Positions 27,805-39,200 of a stretch of 64,000 nucleotides of DNA are shown one piece after another. The DNA is taken from positions 62,001-126,000 of the forward strand of contig JAQGDQ010000257.1 of assembly GCA_030141605.1 (NCBI GenBank), read 5' to 3'. Source of the DNA: Tubiluchus corallicola (Eukaryota > Animalia > Priapulida). The position numbers were made by a program, and so were the translations under genes. Position 1 is the stretch's first letter, and each line of letters starts with the position of its first letter. The notes below the pieces were generated by a model. That model saw only the letters and a list, made by a program, of their open reading frames with translations. It did not search any database and was not told the origin of the DNA.

Positions 27805-30040
27805 TTCAGATGCAAATAGGGTGTACAATAAACATTCACTCAACTTTTTTTATAACCGAAAGTTTATTTCACTCGTAATCTGTACATTCATGGCATGGCA
27901 ATCCTTTTAATCAATCACAGAAACTGTTTTGCGCCACAACCATCAATAATAAAAAAGCGGAAACAACAACAACTCACATAATTTTTGAACCTGGTACGAT
28001 TACAAATTTTTCACATGGGGTAAAATAGCTTATAGATTACTTTTGTAAGTTAGCCCTATGCAAAATACAATCGTAAGAAACATCGCAAGGCGTTGAAGTG
28101 TAGATAAAATTTCCTATGCGAGTATAACTGGATATAATTTGAGTTTTTGAATATTCGACTAATTACAATAAGTAACAATGAGTCATCATGGATGTGATAT
28201 AAACAATTTGCATAGTGACATCATAATCAAGCTACCTAATGTTTTTTAACTAATGTGACATGACCACGCACAAATAACAAAATTACGTTGCACTTTGATC
28301 CTACATTCACGTGACATTCTTAACATATTCCCCTTCCATACTTCTCAGTTTGTGTACCTCCTAGTATAACTACCTAGGATACTTATAGTCGATACGCAGC
28401 CAACCAAAACAAAAAACACGCTGTCAGCATGAGTATCACTTTATCATTAAATTTATAAAAATCGTAAACAACAAAAACACAAGTTAAAGCGGCGTTTGAC
28501 AGATATCCGGAATGCATATGCGGATGCATTATAGTTACGTATAAACAATCTAATAGGAGCAGCTACAGAGAAATTAACCAATAACGCAGGTTTGATAATT
28601 TGGTGCTCTGAAAACATTATAAGGTGATTTTTAGTGCAGTAAGGCATTACGGATGTCTGGCGCCAGTTAAGATGGATAGAGACCGGTAAGAAGTCGTGAG
28701 AGCTAACTTCAACTGTTTTAACACAGTATCATGGACACGACTTCCAGTTTAGAACTGCAAAAGGTAACTGTTTGAGAACATGTAAGTCTAACGCGAACAA
28801 ACTCAAAATTAATGTGCATCAAGATTCACACATTAGACTACACTAAACACCTCTAAATCATCGCCTAATAAAATTAGATAAAATGTTGAACTACATAATA
28901 TTAGCCTATCTTTAATATTAATGATTAAAATACACAAAGGCGTTCACATTTGTCTTCTCTCTTCATAACTGCAACAGAGTTATTTACACTTGCTCTTTTT
29001 AACAAACTTTCTCAGATTACCTCACTGTAAAACATTCAGAGCTCTGCTTAAACAATCTCCATGATACCATCAAACAAAACTCAAGAAGATTAGAAATAAC
29101 ACGCAAGCATACATTTCACTGATATATATAATAAGTCAACAATGATATTACAATGATAAAATGAACAACAAACCTTAAATTCATAATGATGTATGAATCT
29201 TAATGCCGTTTTGCAATACATAATAGTTTAATGTTTATTGTTTTTTTACTCCTTGTATTCTATAATGGCAAAGTAATAATGTAGCATATCAACATGCCTT
29301 GTCGTAATCGTTTTGCTACTAGAAGAGCAAAGGTGCAGCAATTTTAAGCACGGTTTTAATTAAACAACTCTACTAAATTAAATAGCGCCTAATAACATAA
29401 GTTTGAAATGACTGAGCTTTGCATTATGAGCACGTTGCGTACCCTATTATGTTTCTCATACATGAGTCTACGAAAATGCCAAAAGACAAGCAATTTTACA
29501 TTCGTCTAATGTACATATTTGTTACTTTCTTCTTAATGTTTGTTACTGCTGTAATAGCATATTTACTTTATAATAATAACTACATTATTGTCGTGGAGTG
29601 TCTGCTGCAGCCATTGAGCTCTGGACAACGTTGATGTCGTGTTGTTTGAGTTATGAAAGAAACGAATATTTTTTGTGTATCTGTAATCAAGCTGAAGCTC
29701 AATTTACTTGTTTTGCTTAGAAGAATAAGACTGATTACGTAACTGGACTAAGACTAACTTAGAATGGGTAGGTAGTTTGTGTTCAGTGTTCAGCAGGTAT
29801 CAAACACACAATTCACACAACAAAAGGCTTAAGGTGAGTCCACATCAAGGAAGGAAATGCTGTTCACATTAGTTACAATGAACGCAGCTACTAGAGTCCA
29901 AAACCAAAGTAGAACGGTAGAAGTGAATCTGAATAAAAACCGAAAAATCTAAACTCGGAGGGACTAGACTCGCTTGAGACTAAACTATCAAGTGTGAACT
30001 GCTCTTTAGGAATCTAATTAGACAAAATACTTAAATTTCA

Positions 30041-30219
30041 TTAAATATAGAGCAATGTAGTAGTTGCTACGAGAATTAGAAGTGAGAAGAGAGATACGAT
30101 GGTTCCTCGCACTGTAGTTGCATCACTGTTGTAGGTGAATTCTCTAAAATCATTACTGAAGTTGATTTCTTCACTTTCGGCTTTAGCATGATTCGACAAG
30201 TGCGCTTTCAAAATATTAT
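30041..30219 (-). CDS. Reeler-DOMON last exon (DOMON 2 end, hydrophobic tail)
   Basis: DNILKAH...YNSDATTVRGTIVSLFSLLILVATTTLLYI*. Confidence 0.8.
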
Positions 30220-33200
30220 CTACATGGGAAAACAAAAACAAAGCGTCAGACAACAATTTCTGCAATTACTTTTAACTATTACATTATATATATTGAGCTG
30301 AACAGGTGGGAACGTGGATTATACCTGGCCAGTTAATCTACAGGTAAGTAGGATGGGACCTTGGAACAATATTATGACATTTCGTCACACAAACGCATGA
30401 GAAAAGCATTTTGCATTACCATTATATAGGATTAATGATACTTGATTACAATGCACTGTCAAATTTTAAATCACAATATGGAAATGCTTGAAAAAACGTA
30501 AAACGAGATCTGAAAAAGAAAAAGGAAAATATCAGAAACAAGTGACCGCTGTAATTTACTCTGCAAAGAATTACCGGTTGTGTCGACGTCTCTTCCGTGT
30601 GCAAAGAGAACATTCATCTTTCCTGTTAGCGTTTTCGTCATCCCATCACTCACCTTGGGAGTAAGCGGACGCATGAATCTGCAAGATATCCGACCACCAT
30701 CCTGTCTACAACATGAAAACAAGTAATAATGAAGAAGGAGAAAATACATTTATGCGTTCGTTATTTGTACACTATAAACAAAAAGTTGCTTCACCACCAT
30801 TGAGGACAGTCCGCTAGCTGAGAATAGACAGTGAGCCGGCAGAAGTTCAGTAGCCGCATTCGGTTACGTGTAGACCCTCCCTCAAAAAGTAAAACCGTTG
30901 GAATAGTACAGCAAATGAAACCGCTCAGAAGTAGTTTTCCCGGTGGCCACTTGTCCATTTACTAATTAGGTCTTGCACTGCATAACTTTGCTGGTAAGCA
31001 CGTACTTTGATTCTTTAGCTACTACCCTCATTTTCAATACCCACTGTGGGCCTTCCTGCATCTTGCCAGTGACAGTGAAGGGAAGGATCAGACGGTCCGC
31101 TACGTCACAAACAGAGGACAGTGGCGACAAGCAGCAGTGTACACCGAACCGTTGAACTTACTGCTCCTGAAGTCCTGATGAGACTTATTTACTATGTGAA
31201 ATATAAACCTTAAAAACGATTGAAGATAGCGAGACCACTGTACATAAAAACTGTAGGGTAAACAAAGAGGAAGCAAAAATGACAGTAAATCGACCATATA
31301 TGTAATATTTATCTCGCATGAGAGTAAATGTTACATTTCACTCAATTGCAATCTTACGATTAGTTCATCTGTAGAAAATTTAATATAAATTGTATTGATT
31401 AGTCATTAACATTTATAGCTAGTGTCTATGTACAAAAAGTCAAATAACACAACACTTAGTTGATTAGCAGAATTAGCAACATCACATTTACTTCATTATC
31501 ACAAAAGCCCTGTATTGTCCATTCACCATTAAGTGCCCAGAAGAGTTCACAGCACATAAAATCAATTTTATTAAAACTAGCAACACTACTAAACTTTACT
31601 GAATTAACGAGTATACGATACTTGAGGTCCCTAGCAATGCTCCTAAACTTTACTGAATTAACGAGTGTACGATTCTTTCCCATTGTTGTTATGCTTGTAT
31701 TATCATTTGAAATAGACAAGTTTCTCATGATCTCGTCGTCTCGCATAACTTTAATACAAATGTACAACGTTTGCAAACGTTTTGGCATTATAACAGGTAT
31801 GGCTCCCGGGGCTTCCATTAGCCGTCCGCATGGCAGTTTTCCAATCCTGCAGACAGGTATTTGGACGAGTGAATTAGACACATTCGTTCAGATAAAATGC
31901 AAGTAATCACCGGTTCCTTGTGAACGAACAATATTTACAGTTCTTTATAATAGAAGAAGTATTGAAGAGAAGATTTTGCTTTAATTCACATAACAATAAT
32001 TTTTTGATGTTTTGATCCCAAAAATTATCTCCAAAAACGTCAGAAAAAGTGAGAAATGTGTGACAATTGGGATTGGGAAGGAGTTCCAAAAATGGATGTA
32101 AGTTTTATCACAAACTTCCACATTTGTAAGTTTTAAACTTAGAGGCTTTTCTTAGAGTCAAACTCAAGAAATTTGCTCTACTTTGTGGTTTATATTTCTT
32201 GATTTTTTTTTCTGAAAAAGGCCTCATAAAACGACGTCTAAAATACAGAAAGTTTCCGCTGCAGGAGCTTACAAGCTGATTCTTAACATACCTGAATTCG
32301 CTTCAAGACATGGTAGCAACCATAAGCATATTAGTATAGAATATTAGAATATTAGAATATATAGAATATTAGAATATAGAATATATTATTACAGTATACA
32401 CAGTATATACAGTTTATACTAAAAAGTATATACTACACTAATGTTTACTGTGGCAGCTAGTACTTACTTGACCTCTATGTTAAATGGGGTATTATCAAAG
32501 TTAAGAATACTTGGCTTGTGACCACCAGGATTCCATAAATGCTTTACTGTGCAGCCAGCGTCGTCACCAAAACATCCACACGCGTAAACGTCATCTGCAC
32601 CCTGCGCAAGAAAAAAATGTCTCTGTTTTAAATTTCATAGACTGAATTTGTTTAGTTGAATGAATATTCACTGACAATGTAAACTAGATGTAGAAGCTCA
32701 TAAGTCGCAGTAAGTGGCTAACAGCTTTTGAGGTCACATTGGCCTCAAGAGGTCACAAGAAATATTACGGTTGGCATCCTTCTGTCTCGGAAGACAATGG
32801 AGTGTGCACCAAGAGAGTCAGTTATTGACCAGATTGGTGGAGCTGCAGCGTCGACTGTGGCTGAGCAGTGCGATCCTTGAATGTCTCCAGGGCGCACGCC
32901 TGGGCAAGGTGTATGGAGATCCAGAGTTGCCCCTCTCTTCCTCCCTGGTGTAGTCCAAAGGAAAGCGGAGCGATACGTTTGGCACCAGGTTGGCTGCAGG
33001 AGTTGCCGGAGTCAGTGAGCATGCTGCACTGGTCCGCCTTCGGGGCTCCACTCCTGATTTGGAAGGTTTACTCCTTTACATATGGCCGTTGGGTCACTTG
33101 ACCTCCTCCGCCCTCTAGCCGATGGCTGCTTGTGCAGCTCCTCCGCCTGGTGTCGAGATACAGTGTGGGCATCCCGCCAGCCTACACCACCTGATATTCC

Positions 33201-36200
33201 TAGGCGGTCACCCATCCAAGTACTAACCAGGCTCTACCATTGCTTAACTTCGGTGATCAGACGAGAACCGGTGTTTTCAACGTGATTTGGCCATAGTCAT
33301 ATTATATTATAGACTTCTGCATTTTGTGTACATAAAATGAAATTTTTCTTACTTATAAGATTTTTTAGATCAACAATTTTCCGTACAAATGGCAAGCTTA
33401 AATTCTTTACAAGTTTTGTACTCGAGTTTTATTACCAGCTTCGTGTTCTTGTTTACTGATAATTTAAATAAAACGTCAAAATACACATACCTCAAACTAT
33501 CAGTCAGATTACTAACGATATTATAAAAGTTATTATTTTTTACTTCAGAAATATTTTTATCATATAGGTGGACTCAGAATTTTTGTATCATTATTATTAA
33601 TTATTAATCTTTTATTCGTATAAAAGTTTATACAGCAGTGCTTATTAGTATAGATAATACATACAATATTTGACTTTAAACGAAAGGATAGTGTAAAACT
33701 ACTTATGTACTATTGTGGTACTACGCCAGCAAATTTTTGATTGACAGTCGTAAATTCGGCTTTTTAAGAAGAACTCGAAATTCTGACTCACTTGTACCAA
33801 AAATAACGAATTTTATAAATGACTCCGATAACGCGTGGATGTAGTCATCGATTTATAATAAATAATAATTTTTATTAGTAATTAAAAAAGATAATGAAGT
33901 CATACATATCGTCATACATGCTACACGTGGTTGCTTACACATTCATAGAATGCTTTCCTAACTTTTCGCTTTACATTAAAATTAAATCGAAGACTACATC
34001 CACGCGTTATCTGAGTCATTTATAAAATTCGTTATTTTTGGTACAAGTGAGTCAGAATTTCGAGTTCTTCTTAAAAAGCCCAATTTACGACTGTCAATCA
34101 AAAATTTGCTGGCGTAGTACCACAATAGTACATAAGTAGTTTTGCACTGTCATTTCGTTTAAAGTCAAATATTGTTCTATACGCACAGTTCCAATTACAT
34201 TGGCATCTTCAGTGGAGATGCCACCAATTTCACACTCGCACAACAAATGGGAAGACAATAAGGAAACCAATTCGTGTTTTTGCAAACTTATTAACTGTTA
34301 CCTGCTACTACAATCATTATGCTTATTGAACAACCAGAATTTAAGTAACGCATCACATTTCCACTAAACTACAGGTGTTTCACTATTAATAAAATTGTGC
34401 ACAATCATTTTTAAATGAGAAACTCTTACCATTGTTTTGTCAGCCGAGAAGGCAACAGCAATCCACTTGCTTGATTTACTTGTATCTGGGTCCTTTCCTG
34501 TCATTTCAAACAATATGTTGTCGCCTATAGGATCGACCGTCCACATCACCAACATCTGGAGAAGAACATAGATAGAATTCATTTCCTTTTTATTTAATTT
34601 GAAAAATGACGGGCATATTTTCGCACGTCTTGCGCCTATTTTTAATTCTTTAACTATGTACAAAATATGCAAAAAATATGCAAGAATATATAATAGTGCT
34701 TTTTTAGGCAAGGTAACGTGCGTGGTTTCGTTTCGCATACCTCGCAATTAGTGCCAGAGCACGAGGAAACCTTGTAGCATCCTTTTACATCTCCGCAACC
34801 CTCCGCGCTCAGAGCTTCAGTGAGAGATTTGGCGTAGTTACGGTTGGCTTCGGCAATCACGATTTTTCTTGGAGATATTGATGGTATCTGTTCGTGTAGT
34901 GTTATTTTATCGTCTATAAAATGAAAAAAAGAAAGGACAGGTCCGTAAGTCGACAATTTTGTTTCGAAATAGCAGGTCGAAATTTGGAGTCTTTTACCAG
35001 CTTTATGGTATTACAGCATTTTGGTGTTCTTTAAATTCAAATTAATTGTACCTTGAACTGATTGGTGCTTTTTTTGCTGTTTGTCAACTTGTGAAATTTT
35101 TCGTCGATTAAAACCACTGCTCGAATTCTACACAATACCAAAATCGACACCAATGTTATGATTTCGGGTGTTCATTAAAATGTGCTATTTCGCAAGCTAA
35201 TATCAGTTCCGTTACACCAACAAAAACATCAAAAAGAAATGAGGGTGTTTTATGTCTGCAGTGTACTCACTAGTTACGGTAGTCCCGTAAGCGTAGAAAT
35301 GATAGTGTGGTTCACTCAAATCTACAATGCCTTTGGACGATACACCAGCTAAGTTTCGCTCAAAGCGACACGAAATTTGACCACTGTCCTGGCTTGCTAT
35401 AAACAGAACATGGTAAATCGTAACAGTAAAATTATTGTAAAAGTGACTGTGATTACTTTGATGAAGCTGAACAAAGGTACGGTACGAATTTCAAAACAAA
35501 ATGCTTTCGAATGTTCGCAGTATGAGGTTTCAGCGGGAACACACGGGAGAAGACTGTCTTCTTAGAATAGATGCTTTCAGCCTGATGTTGTCAAAATGAA
35601 TGTCATTTAGTTACAGATGAAAGAAGAAAAACAATGTGTCTTCAGCCTGCAGATACAAGAACGAGCTAAAAACAATGTGTTTTAAAGCACAAGAAAACCC
35701 TCAACTTAGATAAAGCTTAAAAAGTTCGTCTTGAAATTTTATACCACTTACATACTGCCTTTTTGCATATTATACTTGTGTCGGCAATAACGCTGTATGA
35801 AACATGTAAATTTAAACTCCCGCGATGACCGTTAGACGCAGCTATTTTGACGGTAAGTCATTGAAACAAGTTTAGATAAACTCTGTAAACTTTAAAAAAA
35901 ATTCAAAAAATAATCAGAGCATTCGTAGCACAGAAGTCACTAACTAAATAAAATTTAAAATTACAGTACCTTGTCAATAAGATTAAAAATACGTTTTTGG
36001 TTAGTGAGTTCGGCATCCTGGAGAGTGAGTCTGCGACATTTTACCAATTGGTGAAAACATTTTAAATGATTAAAAACTTTCTTTTCTAGTTACATAAGTC
36101 TTTCCAGCAGGTAAGCGAAAAGTTAAGTAATACAGATTTGCATGGAAAGTTTTTTTTGACATAATTTGACATTGCCCTTTCTTCCCCTGATTTACGTTTG

Positions 36201-39200
36201 GGTAAGTGATGTCATGTAATGGCGTCCTAGGAACAGTGTCGCGGGAAGTTGAAAATGAAAACAAACAAAAAATCCTGTCAACGCGTTATGCGAGTACGAT
36301 ATACGCATAAAATTGCTATAAAGTAATATAATTTATTAAGACGATTTTTCTGAAACCTACTTTATGTACGCCCTTTCTTGTCTTTTAAGCCTCCAGATAC
36401 AGGAAAGAGCTAAAAACAATGTGTCTTAACTTACAGCACAAGAAGAGTTAAAATAAACCAACTGATGTCTTAAACCAACTGATATAAGGAAGAATTAAAA
36501 ACAATGTGTCTTAAGCCAACAGACACAAGGAAGATTTAAGAACAATGTATCTTAAGTCAAGAGACAATAATTATGGATTTAAAAAAACAGGATCATGAAG
36601 GGAGGAGAAAGGGAAATCTACCAATAATTTCATTTTATTTATTATGTTACATTTGCTTTGTGTCTGGTCCAAGGCTATCATTGAAATTATCATTTCCAGT
36701 TAGTGGTTATGGTTTGATTTCATTCACTGCAATGCCAGACCAGTGCGCGGCTTTTTACAGGCCTCGAAATAATATGTAGTTAACAACTTAGTTCTGAACG
36801 GGTAACCATTGCATATTTTTCGCTGAAGAAGTTTTGTAATTGCTCGTCAGATTGCTTAGTGCATAAAATAATTATAACGAAATGTTTCCACTTTGAGAAA
36901 CAAACCAGTCATTACAGTATAGCTACTTTTCATTTCGCAGTCAACAAAGCTAAGAAGCAACATCAAAATAATTCTATTAATGCCCGACATGCCAACCTTC
37001 TTCATTATCCACTGGGTTGTCGGCATCGTCAACCTTTTCGGTGGCATATGAGTCTGGAGGGTCATCGCCAGCAGTAGATTTGTAGCGTCTCACGTTTACA
37101 CTTGATCCTTCGTCTTGACAGCAATATATATCATCGCCTCCCTGTTCACAGATAATAAACAACCAGTAAGAAAGTCTTATCTGACTGGCGTACTCGATCA
37201 GTGACTTCACATGAATTATTGTCATTGTTTATATTGATTCGCATAAGGACCTATGTTTCGTCTTGACAACAATATATATCATCGCTTGTCTGTTCACAGA
37301 TAATAAACGACCAGTAAAAAAGTCTTGTCTGACTGGTGTACTCGATCAGTGACTTCACATGAATTATTGTCATTGTTCATATTGATTCGCATAAGTATTG
37401 TATAACGTATGGGGCTTCTGGGGTGTAGAAATTTTGCCTTATCTCACTTCTTCTACAATCTCTTATTCAGTATGCTTATTGATAGCACGTAACAGTCTTC
37501 TCCCATTAGTTTCACTTCCTCTTCCAATTTGCCCATTTTTAAATCCAAAGCTCAAATTGCTCGTCTAAGATAATATATTATTTGCAGTGAGAGCAGAAAT
37601 AACATACTAAATGTATAATTTATAGTTGTTAGAATCTGTTGCTTTTACTATCACCTTGCTCATAGATGCGAATTTGAGGTAGCATTTATCCTTATGCGTT
37701 TTCGTAACTTTTGGTGCGGTTGCGGTTGCGCAGTTTGAGTTTCCTGTTTAGCAATAAAATGGTCTGCAAAGATTAATTCCTTCGTAAGTTTTTTGTACAT
37801 ACATAACAACAATTGTAAAGTAACTCGCCATTGATTTGTCTTCAGAGAATCCAATACAAACGTATTCGACGTCTGTGCCACTACCAGCTAACATCTGAAA
37901 GTAAGCTTTTGTTGAATCGGCTCTCCAAGTGATAATAACTCTGAAAATAGTAACATGGTTCTTCCATTATGTGAGTTTACAGCTCACCGTTTTTACGAAA
38001 CAGAAAAAAATGTGAATGTTGACAAATAATGGCTCTTCATCCTGCACCGAAGCCAAATCAACGAAATGACACAAATGACTAAACTAGTAAATGACGAAAC
38101 ACAAAGAAATGGACAAACGAGTAGCTAAATAAGAGAGAAATTAATGAATGAACCAATAAAGACTAATGAATAATGAATGAATAAATAAATAAATGATTGA
38201 CTGGCTGAATAATTTATTGATTGAATGAACGAATAAATGAATGAATAATTGTGCGAATGAATGGGTGATGGAAAAATAAAATAAAATAATCATTCTGCAA
38301 AACAGACGAACGGTTGGAGATTAGGTCTCAAGATACACACTTTTGAAATATACAAACTGAAAGACTTACTGACAATTGTCGTCCTCTACCGTGCATGTAG
38401 CTGATTGGTGAGGAAGTATAAAGCATCCGGTTCCGGGCATGGGCTTGTGACAGCCGTTGTCGTCATTGTCGTCTGATTCCATCAGGGGACAGAAGTCTGT
38501 ATTAACATGCGGTAAATCCGGACCTGCAAAAACAGAAATAAGCAATGGCAAATATTGCACACTATACATGCTTTTTCTTGACACTGTTAAGCTAGAATGG
38601 AGGCCAAAATTTGGCTTTGTCGAATGTTCTTCAAACTTTTGGGATAAAACGTGAAAATAATGCTGCTATAAAATTATTTTTAAACTGTCCTTCTTATAAT
38701 TTATTCTACGCACTAATTAGTTGTAAGTCTTAAATACTTTGTTTTCACGTTTTCGTATAAATTCAGCAATTATTGTGTCGTGATCGGCCCACTGGTTTAT
38801 CCAACTGATCAAAAATTTAATGACGTGCCTGATCATGATCATCGATCACTGATCAGCTCGATCTATCATTAGTGTAAAAATTAATAAGATGATACAACAA
38901 TAATTTATTACACTACAGTTAACACAGTTACAGTTTGACCTCACAATATGGACAAAGAAATTTCACAAACCGGTAATTTCGTCAGATTCTATAGCCCAAA
39001 ACTCGTCCTTCTCTTTGACAACAGTCGCCCTGTCAATGAGAAAAGAAGCTAATGGCAGTCTTATTACATATGAACCTAATAGTCAAGTAAATAACGTTTG
39101 TTTGAGAACAGGTAATAATTTGCTCATATCAACCGGCAGATAAATTTAACGACTTTCAATGTATCACTAATAGATTAAGCTAATTTTGTACTTTGACATT

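Noticed and set aside
31170-31205. Hammerhead ribozyme (CTGATGAG...GAAA)
   Set aside because: Stem II pairs poorly and stems I/III cannot be formed; the same applies to the candidate at 13081.
31456-31906. Overlapping 141/148-aa ORFs on opposite strands
   Set aside because: No recognisable domain, partly a short tandem duplication, and not needed for the host gene frame.
32771-33285. Cluster of short ORFs on both strands
   Set aside because: By-product of the GC-rich SINE; no protein homology recognised.
33179-33298. Functional 5S rRNA gene
   Set aside because: Single copy, several substitutions, no oligo-T terminator, and fused to a SINE body with TSD.
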